A DNA stretch of 32,000 bases from Candidatus Hermodarchaeota archaeon (lineage in GTDB: Archaea; Asgardarchaeota; Heimdallarchaeia; Hodarchaeales; Hodarchaeaceae): NCBI GenBank assembly GCA_048886185.1, contig JBHLKY010000030.1, positions 9,139 through 41,138 of the forward strand. Reading direction: 5' to 3'. Positions 1 to 8,120 of this stretch are shown piece by piece (positions within the stretch are counted from its first letter, which is position 1; each line of letters begins with the position of its first letter). The notes beneath the pieces are model-generated. The model saw only the letters and a program-made list of their open reading frames with translations, had not been told where the DNA came from and did not search any database. The position numbers and the translations under genes were made by a program.

Positions 1-192
1 TGAATCAGGAATCGGAATGGAACCGTGTAAGCGATAATGTTGCTTTTCTGCAACAGTTCCTGCTCCCATGGAGAGAATTGTCATTCCGATAACACTTAAT
101 TTTACAGTGGTATCCTCTGATATTGGGGACAAATTCAAGAGTGGAAATGGTCCCATATCGGTCATTGTGGTTACAATGAGTCCAGAAATCAT
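1..192 (-). CDS. Longin-like protein, 5' part only (runs off the left edge; absent from the ORF track)
   Basis: Manual translation from ATG at 192 (AGGAG at 206-202, in-frame TAA just upstream) is open to base 1: MISGLIVTTMTDMGPFPLLNLSPISEDTTVKLSVIGMTILSMGAGTVAEKQHYRLHGSIPIPDS. The N-terminal strand followed by D-x-G-P-x-P resembles the start of longin/uDENN domains. It begins 20 nt after the stop of the 213..1169 gene. Confidence 0.6.
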   Translation of the reverse strand, partial: MISGLIVTTMTDMGPFPLLNLSPISEDTTVKLSVIGMTILSMGAGTVAEKQHYRLHGSIPIPDS

Positions 193-212
193 CCATTTTT
201 ACTCCTTTGCAT

Positions 213-1169
213 CTAGTTCGCCTTATATTTCAGCAAAGATGTTATTTCAGTTGATATTTCAAGACATACTTGTTCAATAGTAGAATAAGATTCAGAATTT
301 AATCTGAATGTCGATTCTATTCCAATTAATACTAATTTTGTTCCAATATTAACAAGTTGAGTAATCATTAAAAAGTCTTCAATTCGAAGAACATTTGTTT
401 TTGCCTCGGGGGCTATATCAAAAGCCTCATATTGGTCTAGCATCTTGATAATTTGAGGTCCGACTTTCTCTTGCCAACTTTGGTTTTTTCCTATTGCTAA
501 AAGAATCTTATGGCTTGGAGACAATAAAAAAGCTCCAGCGATGCCATATGTCTTCATTTTCTCTTCTAGTCTTTCTTTAATTCGACGTTTATTTACCAGA
601 TCTAGATTTAGTTGTGCTTCCAAAGGTCTATCTTGGGAGAATTTACTAAAATCAGCAGCTTTATTTATTATCTGAGTAAAGATTAGGTTGGTTAATCGTT
701 GTTCATCAGGCCCTTTCAATGAAACAATATAAGATGGGATTTCATTAGGAAAGAATTGTTGAAAGTTTTTGATGACTGTGTCTTTTATTTTGTTTCTTTC
801 AACCTCACTAGTTATTAAATGTCCACGGTTTAGTAAAAGAACAACTCGAAAATTTTTGTTTACACTACTAATATCTGCAGTTATCCTTTGAAAATCCGAT
901 GAGATCTCATCTAAAAGTTGATAGGAGATATCGTGTATGTAAATAAGCGTGTTTATTTTCATTAAGATCTTTTCACGAATAGAAGGAAGTAAGCTAGTAA
1001 TATAAGTCTCTTCTTTCTTTGAATGAGAGGGATTTAACCAATCATAGTAAAAAACGTTCTGTAATATCTTAAGATTTGGTTCTGTCCGTCCTAACTTCAT
1101 CATTTGGCTAAAAAGTAGGTCTTTTCCAGAATGAGATAACCCGGATAATGCGATGAGGTTTTGACGCAA
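213..1169 (-). CDS. Degenerate (pseudo) Rag-like small GTPase with C-terminal roadblock-like domain
   Basis: G1 GLSHSGKD; no DxxG (G3); G4 position NRGH; strand LIYIHDIS aligns with LVFICDIA of the neighbouring Rag. The C-terminal ~125 aa (helix, GIAGAFLLSPSHKILLA, strands, helix) has a roadblock pattern. TTG start with GAGGAG at 1180-1175. Confidence 0.7.
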   Translation of the reverse strand: MRQNLIALSGLSHSGKDLLFSQMMKLGRTEPNLKILQNVFYYDWLNPSHSKKEETYITSLLPSIREKILMKINTLIYIHDISYQLLDEISSDFQRITADISSVNKNFRVVLLLNRGHLITSEVERNKIKDTVIKNFQQFFPNEIPSYIVSLKGPDEQRLTNLIFTQIINKAADFSKFSQDRPLEAQLNLDLVNKRRIKERLEEKMKTYGIAGAFLLSPSHKILLAIGKNQSWQEKVGPQIIKMLDQYEAFDIAPEAKTNVLRIEDFLMITQLVNIGTKLVLIGIESTFRLNSESYSTIEQVCLEISTEITSLLKYKAN

Positions 1170-1179
1170 TGTGACTCCT

Positions 1180-2184
1180 CTAAATTGGTGTTTTGAGCAT
1201 TGATTCTAGCTGCATGGACAGAAGTTTAACAGTTTCTTCAATCTCTGCTAAATTTCTAGTTTCTAACATAGATTTTTCATCACTGGAGACTAGAATTAGT
1301 AAATGATGTGGTTGTAACTTAGATTTGTACATCATTACTGCTCCTAGCCTTTTTAATTCAGATTTCGATCCAGTGATTAATTTTAGATCTTTTGATTTAT
1401 CCAAAAGAGTCAATAGTTGTTGGATTTCACTATCTTCTAACTCGGAGGCATTAATTCTGAAATTGGGATCCTCCAGCGAAATTAGAATGACTTCATCTAA
1501 TCGGTTCATAAATTTAAGAGTGTGAAGTACCTGTTGAATAGGTCGAAGGCGAAGCCTTTGTTTAATCGCTTCTAAGTCTTCCTCTTCTTTCATGCTTTCT
1601 ACTTCAGGAATAACTTCACTAGCTTCTGCTGTTATCCGTTTAAATGCTTCATGGATCGAATTATCATAAATGGATGTTTGCAAAAATGTTATGTTTTTGT
1701 TTGATGCCGCATCTTGAAACATTTCCATAAGAAATTCCATTCGTTCAGCCCGTTGAGTAAGATCGGGCATGAGATCAGTCTTGTGCAGCAGGACATAGAC
1801 AGCAGGTTGTACATCAGACATCTCTTCCAAACGGCTGACACCTTCAACAAAGGCCTTGAGTGAAGCTGGAAATTTATCTGGAGTAGCAATATCACAGATG
1901 AAAACTAAGACCGCAACATTACTGAAGATGAATGAACTCATACTACTCAAAAAACGTTTTAAAAAAACCTCTTGTCCTCCTAAATCCATAACAGTGATGG
2001 GCTCGTCTGCAACCTGCTCAATCTGTCGTTCATAATTTAACGTCGCTGCATAATCCTTGGTTTCCTCTGGTGCCTTACCTTCAAAAACAACGTCACGAAT
2101 GGATGTTTTTCCCGCCTGCGAGAGTCCTAGTAAGATTATCTTCCGTGCGCTCTGCGTTTTCAGCTGTTTCAAGTAATGACTCAT
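1180..2184 (-). CDS. Rag/Gtr-family small GTPase with C-terminal roadblock-like domain
   Basis: G1 GLSQAGKTS, G2 AATL, G3 DLGGQ, G4 HKTD and G5 TSIYD match the RagA/Gtr1-type signatures (HKxD, TSIxD). ~140 aa C-terminal extension. GAGGA upstream of the ATG. Confidence 0.9.
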   Translation of the reverse strand: MSHYLKQLKTQSARKIILLGLSQAGKTSIRDVVFEGKAPEETKDYAATLNYERQIEQVADEPITVMDLGGQEVFLKRFLSSMSSFIFSNVAVLVFICDIATPDKFPASLKAFVEGVSRLEEMSDVQPAVYVLLHKTDLMPDLTQRAERMEFLMEMFQDAASNKNITFLQTSIYDNSIHEAFKRITAEASEVIPEVESMKEEEDLEAIKQRLRLRPIQQVLHTLKFMNRLDEVILISLEDPNFRINASELEDSEIQQLLTLLDKSKDLKLITGSKSELKRLGAVMMYKSKLQPHHLLILVSSDEKSMLETRNLAEIEETVKLLSMQLESMLKTPI

Positions 2185-2267
2185 GGCATCGTCCTCTCGA
2201 GATCTAACACCTAGAATTATCTACACAAGTTCAAGTGTAAAGTTTTAAGATTCATCAAATAAATCTT

Positions 2268-2275
2268 TTTATATA
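2268..2275. promoter_or_regulatory. Candidate archaeal TATA box (TTTATATA) in the divergent intergenic region
   Basis: TTTATATA at 2268-2275 between divergent genes starting at 2184 and 2380. The background is AT-rich, so support is weak. Confidence 0.3.
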
Positions 2276-2379
2276 ATTCTGTGTTATTAAAGGTATTAAC
2301 CATTAAATAAAAAAAAACTATTGGTTCGCGTGAAAATAAGGCGTTTCTTTTTTGATTCTAATGTTGGAGCGTTAATCTC

Positions 2380-2727
2380 TTGCAACAACGCAAACCGCCC
2401 GATATTTTGTGTGAGATCACATGTAGATCTTTTCGATGCAGTGAAAAACTCTTGTCGATTACATATAGTCGTGGTGAGAAGAAGATAATGTGCAGAATGA
2501 TTGAAGGCGACGAATGTATCGGTTATAAATGTAAGTTTGCTGTTTGTTTTGTTCGGCCTTCAGCTTTGGATGTTTCAACAGGTTCTTGTTCTCAAAAGCT
2601 GAAACGTCAGAGACCTCGACACACTCAAAAAGCTAGTAGTAAAGATACTTTTGACGATCCCTTGAAATATAAAAATCTACTTGACAAAAAGTTAAGAAAA
2701 AATTTCAAGCTCAAAGATTACTATTAG
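2380..2727 (+). CDS. Small Cys-rich putative metal-binding protein with basic tail
   Basis: Eight Cys (CEITCRSFRC, CRMIEGDECIGYKCKFAVC, GSC) and a Lys/Arg-rich C-terminal half. TTG start with GGAG about 10 nt upstream. Confidence 0.7.
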   Translation: MQQRKPPDILCEITCRSFRCSEKLLSITYSRGEKKIMCRMIEGDECIGYKCKFAVCFVRPSALDVSTGSCSQKLKRQRPRHTQKASSKDTFDDPLKYKNLLDKKLRKNFKLKDYY

Positions 2728-2790
2728 GATCTTTTCAGTAAGTAGATCTCTTTCTGTGTAATACTTTTCAATTTTACAAAGAGAGATTGA

Positions 2791-4272
2791 TTAAACTAGC
2801 TTGTGTGTGAAATGGTAAAATCCACTCGTTTCATATAGAAATAGGACTATGATGACTATAGCAATCAAGCTGAGTCCAAAACAGAAAGTAAAAAGACCAA
2901 TAATTCCTTCTGGGCCAAGGCCAACAAAATATCCTCCTATAATAGCGCCCATAATATTTCCCATAGCCATGAGTGATTGGGTAAAGCCCATCTCACGTCC
3001 CCGTTGCCCTGATTTGGTTACATCACTAACTAAACCAAGAGCAGCTGAAATAAAACAAGAAGCGGAGAGACCGTAAATGATAATCATTAAGACAACAAAG
3101 ATGTGAGGGATCGGGAGTGGATTTTCAGGGATAAGATTCAAGGAAATTGTATCTGTTAATGAGAATGGATTTTTTATCAGATTAGACAATTCAGAAAGTT
3201 CCCATACTTGATTTCCATTTACGGATTCATAATCAAGAATGGATGCAAGTGTTATTAACAACATACTGGTACCAATAACTCCAATTACCAAGAAGGGTTT
3301 TCGTCCTACGTTATCAGAAAGTTTACCTAATACTGGTTGCATTATTCCCATTATACAAATCGCAAGAAAGCCAATTACCGCAATAGCGGGTCCTACCTCT
3401 ATAACGAGGTCGAATATAATAGTAGGTGCTACAAAAGTGCTTGCTCCTATGAGTGTTGTATAAGCTAACCATGCAATGGCGAATTTACGAAACTGTTTGT
3501 CTTGAAGACTTTCTAGCATAGTTTTAAACGGATTTATATCAATCTCTGAATCCGTTACAGTTTGAGTGAAATCTGTTAGCATTATATCAGCTTCATCATG
3601 TGAGACTATATCTGTATGGGGTTCAAAGAACCTAAACACATAAATTGAAGTAGCCAAGAACATTATGATTGCAAAGAAGAAGAATGAGTCCTCTTTTAAA
3701 ATCGCCCATGCGAATAAAGCAAATGGATTCCCAATAGCTCCTCCAGCAGCTTTTGCTAAGTAGAATTTCCCCATTGTTTCACCATGCTTTTCTTCTGGGG
3801 ATAAATCTGCAATTACCGCTAATATGGGTCCAGAGATCATCGCAGCAGCTAACCCTTTCAACCCGTTCGAAAGGACTAGAACTAGAAAACTAAATGGTAG
3901 AGTCGCATAGTAAGGATACATAATGGGAAAAATAATAAAGGAAATACCTGCTAATGCTGTTCCAATGATTAAAAATGGTCGTCGTCCAAAACGATCGCTA
4001 ATTAATCCGAAAAATGACGCAGTTGATAATGAAACGATGTAGTAACTGGCTACAATTATTGCGGTTTCGATACCCACCGTACTCGTTCCACTTTGTTCTC
4101 CTAATTCCCGGAGGTATAGGGGTAAACTAAATCCTGCAGAAGCAAATGCACATTCCGTCACAGCCACTGCAATATAAAGAATCATACTTTGCTTCTTTAG
4201 CAAAAAGGTGATGGGTTGGCCAATGAAATGCAAGGTTTCCTTTGTATATTTTGATATTGTAAGGCGTGGCAC
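2791..4272 (-). CDS. Major facilitator superfamily transporter
   Basis: About 12 hydrophobic segments. MFS motif A occurs twice (GLISDRFGRR, GKLSDNVGRK), with repeated ADLSPEEKHGETMG / SDVTKSGQRGREMG loops. Substrate unknown. Confidence 0.92.
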   Translation of the reverse strand: MPRLTISKYTKETLHFIGQPITFLLKKQSMILYIAVAVTECAFASAGFSLPLYLRELGEQSGTSTVGIETAIIVASYYIVSLSTASFFGLISDRFGRRPFLIIGTALAGISFIIFPIMYPYYATLPFSFLVLVLSNGLKGLAAAMISGPILAVIADLSPEEKHGETMGKFYLAKAAGGAIGNPFALFAWAILKEDSFFFFAIIMFLATSIYVFRFFEPHTDIVSHDEADIMLTDFTQTVTDSEIDINPFKTMLESLQDKQFRKFAIAWLAYTTLIGASTFVAPTIIFDLVIEVGPAIAVIGFLAICIMGIMQPVLGKLSDNVGRKPFLVIGVIGTSMLLITLASILDYESVNGNQVWELSELSNLIKNPFSLTDTISLNLIPENPLPIPHIFVVLMIIIYGLSASCFISAALGLVSDVTKSGQRGREMGFTQSLMAMGNIMGAIIGGYFVGLGPEGIIGLFTFCFGLSLIAIVIIVLFLYETSGFYHFTHKLV

Positions 4273-4526
4273 AGCTCTCTTTTCCTTTATGAGGTATTTG
4301 ATTCTGATTAGCCTATTAAGTCAATGTATTGGTTTCGTGAACTTAATATTATCTTCTTCTTGCTTGTTTTATTAAGTTTGCATTACACTTCATAATACAG
4401 TTAAATTTTATCAAAATAAGGAAAATTTAAAATTCTTTGTACCTTAAAGAAAGCAAACGATCTTATTATCCAAATTTTCGCCAAAAAAGTATTAATCATG
4501 TTAATTTTCAAATTGAGGAGTTAAAC

Positions 4527-5429
4527 ATGAAAATTTCACTTGTTGGACTTAGTGGTTGCGGTAAAACATCAATCTATTTCACTACATTGGGTGGGATGGC
4601 TCCTATGGAGACCAGTGATTTCGGGCCGACCATTATGTATGAGGTGAAGTCCCATAATTACTTGGGTCTTCAAATATCCCTGTGGGACTTCGGAGGGCAA
4701 GAAAAATATAGGCAATCGTACCTCGAGACACCTAAACTTCTCGCTAACACCACGGTGTTGGTTTTAGTCCTTGATCTCCATCATCCTGAGGATTTTAAGA
4801 AAGCAGACGATTACTTTAGGCAGGTTTATTCCGCTATTAAAGAAAATGGAGGAGATCCTCGTTTAATAATTTTCTTTCATAAATATGATACAGAGCAATA
4901 TCTTAAGGAACAGCTTGAAGAGAATCTCGACAAAGCTAGAGAATTACCATTTGTCCGAGAACTTAATCCTGAATCCTTTGTTACATCTATTTATAGACAA
5001 GAGGAATTAAGTGAGGTTTTTCGTCAAATCTTGATTTCAGACTTTGATAAATTAAAAAATAGCGTTGAACACGCTCAAAACCAACTCATGAAGCTGAATT
5101 CAAAGATCATTGTGAGTGATGTGAATGGAAATGTTATTACTCATAGTATCAAGGGTTTTTCAACGGGAATCCAGCTTCGTGAAGATTTGCGTGATTATAT
5201 TCTTTCCTGTAATGTATTACGTGAAAATTTCCTCACAAGTGATTCAGCTTCTTTTTCTGCCATTTCTGATTCAAAGACATTAGAATTGCATATTTTTAAT
5301 TTTGTTCTAGCTGTACTCATTATGGTAGATAAAGGGGTAAAAGTTGATCCCCCTGAAGATATCGAAGCTTTGCTAAAAGATATGAAAGTGTTTGCAGAAT
5401 TAATCATTGAAGCTAGTAGAGAAGATTAA
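4527..5429 (+). CDS. Second Rag/Gtr-family small GTPase with C-terminal roadblock-like domain
   Basis: G1 GLSGCGKTS, G2 GPTI, G3 WDFGGQ, G4 HKYD, G5 TSIY, plus C-terminal IIVSDVNGNVI roadblock-like strands. Start moved from the track's 4437 to ATG 4527, which has GAGGAG at 4515-4520 and lies directly before the P-loop strand. Confidence 0.9.
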   Translation: MKISLVGLSGCGKTSIYFTTLGGMAPMETSDFGPTIMYEVKSHNYLGLQISLWDFGGQEKYRQSYLETPKLLANTTVLVLVLDLHHPEDFKKADDYFRQVYSAIKENGGDPRLIIFFHKYDTEQYLKEQLEENLDKARELPFVRELNPESFVTSIYRQEELSEVFRQILISDFDKLKNSVEHAQNQLMKLNSKIIVSDVNGNVITHSIKGFSTGIQLREDLRDYILSCNVLRENFLTSDSASFSAISDSKTLELHIFNFVLAVLIMVDKGVKVDPPEDIEALLKDMKVFAELIIEASRED

Positions 5430-5796
5430 ACGTCTAAGAATCGTTATTCAGTTATATTTCTAATTATCCCAGAAACTCACCTTTTTTCCTCAAGATTTCG
5501 CTTTTTTTGTTTGTAAGGCTCGATTCAATTTTAGATCTTGGATTACTTAACTTATGAGGTTAAAAAGCACCTGAATACTCTAAATAAGAGACATTTTATT
5601 GTTTGTACCTATTTTATGATAATTTAACTTTAAATCACTTGTAGAATAAATTTTTTAATTTATGTCAAGAAAGTAAGTCAAAATTTTCTTTTATTATCTT
5701 CTAAGCATCAAAGATTTCAAGGTTTGAAAAACTCACGAGGTTTTCCATAGAATTCTTAAAATCCCCCCGAAAATCATTTATTGGAGGCATTTCTAA

Positions 5797-6282
5797 TTGA
5801 TTGTTGAAGAAATAGGGAATACAACCCTTCAAAAGATATTTACATCAAAAAAGAGGAGTCGAAGTAGCTTAATCCCAATTTTACAAGACATACAAAGTGA
5901 ATTTGGGTATTTATCTAAAGAAAACATGATTCATATTGGGGAATATATTGGAATGTCATTTAACGAAGTTTATGGGGTTGCTTCATTCTATAAACAATTC
6001 AAATTTGTTAAATCTGGAAAACATATAATAACTGTATGTTTAGGAACAGCTTGCTTTGTAAAGGGCGGTCAAATACTCGCTGAAACTGTAAGAACAAAAT
6101 TAGGTATTAATCCAGATGAAACTACAGAGGATAGGTTATTTAGTTTTGAACGTGTTGCTTGTTTAGGATGTTGTGCCTTATCTCCAGTTGTTCAAATTGA
6201 TGGGGAAGTTTATGGAGAAATGAAACCAGCAAAATTACTTCGAATTATCAATAACATAATTAGGGAAGAAAATAATAAGTAG
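5797..6282 (+). CDS. nuoE: NuoE/HydC-family [2Fe-2S] subunit
   Basis: LIPILQDIQ, EVYGVASFY, CLGTAC and CLGCCALSP motifs. TTG start with GGAGG upstream. Confidence 0.93.
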   Translation: MIVEEIGNTTLQKIFTSKKRSRSSLIPILQDIQSEFGYLSKENMIHIGEYIGMSFNEVYGVASFYKQFKFVKSGKHIITVCLGTACFVKGGQILAETVRTKLGINPDETTEDRLFSFERVACLGCCALSPVVQIDGEVYGEMKPAKLLRIINNIIREENNK

Positions 6283-6293
6283 GTAACTGGATA

Positions 6294-8120
6294 ATGACCA
6301 AAAAAAATTCTTCTCTTAGAACAGTTCTAATTTGCCAAGGAACAGGATGTATCTCATCAAAATCAAATGAGATTAAAGAGGAATTTGAAGAACAGATAAT
6401 TGCGGAGGGTCTAGAAAATGAGGTGAAAGTAGACTTCACTGGTTGTCATGGATTCTGTGCTCAAGGTCCTATTGTGATAATTGAACCAGATGGAATTTTG
6501 TATTGTAAGATTAAAGTGGTAAATGTCAAAAACATTGTTACTTCACATTTGAAAAACATCCGGCCTGTTGAAGAATACTTTTACACCGATCCTAAATCTG
6601 GAAGGAGAATATCAAAGTATAAAGATATTCCTTTTTATAGTAAACAGACACGAATGATTTTAGGTAACTGCGGACACATTAATCCTGAAAATATTGACGA
6701 TTATTTGCACATTGGTGGTTATTCAGGACTTAAACGAGCATTGAAAACCTCTCCCGAAGAGGTTATTCAAATTATTAAAAATTCTGGTTTACGTGGGAGA
6801 GGAGGCGCAGGTTTCCCAACTGGCATGAAATGGGAATTCTGTCGTAATGCACCTGGAAACGAGAAATACATTATTTGTAATGCAGATGAAGGAGATCCTG
6901 GAGCTTTTATGGATCGTTCAATACTTGAAGCAGATCCACACAGCGTTTTAGAAGGAATGATTATCGGAGCATATGCCATTGGCGCTTCTAAAGGCATTAT
7001 CTATGTTCGTGCTGAATATCCTTTAGCAGTTAAGCGTTTTAGATTTGCTCTTGAAACAGCAAGAAAAAATGGATTTCTTGGAGAAAATATTCTAAATAAT
7101 GGATTTTCATTCGATATTTCCGTTCATGAAGGTGCAGGCGCTTTTGTTTGTGGCGAAGAGACAGCATTGATGGCCTCAATAGAAGGAAACAGAGGTAATC
7201 CACGACCTAGGCCACCATTTCCAGCAGAGTCTGGCCTTTGGGGTAAACCCACCAATATCAATAATGTAAAGACATGGGCTTCTACTGCGTGGATTTTTAA
7301 AAATAGTTGGGAGAAGTTTCACGCTATTGGTGTTGAACATGCACCTGGTACAGCGATTTTCTCACTAACAGGGAAAGTTAAGAATTTGGGCTTAATAGAA
7401 GTACCTATGGGTATCAGTATAAGAGAAATCGTCTATGAAATAGGTGGTGGTATTTTAGATGATAAGGAATTTAAAGCTGTTCAGACTGGAGGTCCTTCAG
7501 GTGGATGTTTACCAAAAAGTCATTTAGACTCCCCTGTTGATTATGAAAGCATGGCTACTTCTGGTAGTATTATGGGTTCAGGTGGAATGATTGTTCTTGA
7601 TGAAACTGATTGTATGGTAAAATTAGCTCATTATTTCATAACATTTACACAAGCTGAGTCTTGTGGGAAATGTGTCCCCTGTCGGATCGGAACAAGAGCA
7701 ATGTTGGTTATTCTAGATCGGATTATAAAAGGAGAGGGTGAAGACCGAGACCTCATGCTTTTAGAAGAATTAGCCAATACGGTAAAAATGGGATCATTAT
7801 GTGGGCTTGGCCAAACCGCACCAAATCCCGTATTAACTACATTGAAATATTTTCGTAATGAGTATCAGACCCATATTTTTGAAAAACGTTGTCCTGCTAA
7901 AGATTGTCAAGATCTGATTGAATACGTAATTGATGAAGCTATTTGTAATGGATGTACATTATGTGCCCGCAACTGCCCAATGAAGGTCATCACAGGGATT
8001 AAAGGAGCTACTCACATGATTGATACAAATAGGTGCATTAGATGTGGTATCTGTTTCAAAAGTTGTCCTAGAAACGCAGTGTACAAAAGGGATCGGTATC
8101 CTCAGCAGGTGAAAAGATGA
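6294..8120 (+). CDS. nuoF: NuoF/HydB-family FMN/NADH-binding subunit, long (bifurcating-type) architecture
   Basis: N-terminal [2Fe-2S] domain (CQGTGC, CHGFC); GLRGRGGAGFPTG; NADEGDPGAFMDR; GAGAFVCGEETAL; SCGKCVPCRIG/CGLG; HIFEKRCPAKDC; two C-terminal CxxCxxCxxxC motifs. Confidence 0.95.
   Translation: MTKKNSSLRTVLICQGTGCISSKSNEIKEEFEEQIIAEGLENEVKVDFTGCHGFCAQGPIVIIEPDGILYCKIKVVNVKNIVTSHLKNIRPVEEYFYTDPKSGRRISKYKDIPFYSKQTRMILGNCGHINPENIDDYLHIGGYSGLKRALKTSPEEVIQIIKNSGLRGRGGAGFPTGMKWEFCRNAPGNEKYIICNADEGDPGAFMDRSILEADPHSVLEGMIIGAYAIGASKGIIYVRAEYPLAVKRFRFALETARKNGFLGENILNNGFSFDISVHEGAGAFVCGEETALMASIEGNRGNPRPRPPFPAESGLWGKPTNINNVKTWASTAWIFKNSWEKFHAIGVEHAPGTAIFSLTGKVKNLGLIEVPMGISIREIVYEIGGGILDDKEFKAVQTGGPSGGCLPKSHLDSPVDYESMATSGSIMGSGGMIVLDETDCMVKLAHYFITFTQAESCGKCVPCRIGTRAMLVILDRIIKGEGEDRDLMLLEELANTVKMGSLCGLGQTAPNPVLTTLKYFRNEYQTHIFEKRCPAKDCQDLIEYVIDEAICNGCTLCARNCPMKVITGIKGATHMIDTNRCIRCGICFKSCPRNAVYKRDRYPQQVKR

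Noticed and set aside
5-196. Track ORF MDDFWTHC.. (63 aa, Cys/His-rich) and the plus-strand ORF 68..280
   Set aside because: The overlapping minus-strand frame from ATG 192 gives a more protein-like sequence with suitable SD spacing and stays open. The 68..280 ORF is its antisense shadow.
4437-4526. 30-aa N-terminal extension of the second Rag-like GTPase
   Set aside because: A strong GAGGAG precedes ATG 4527 and the fold starts there.
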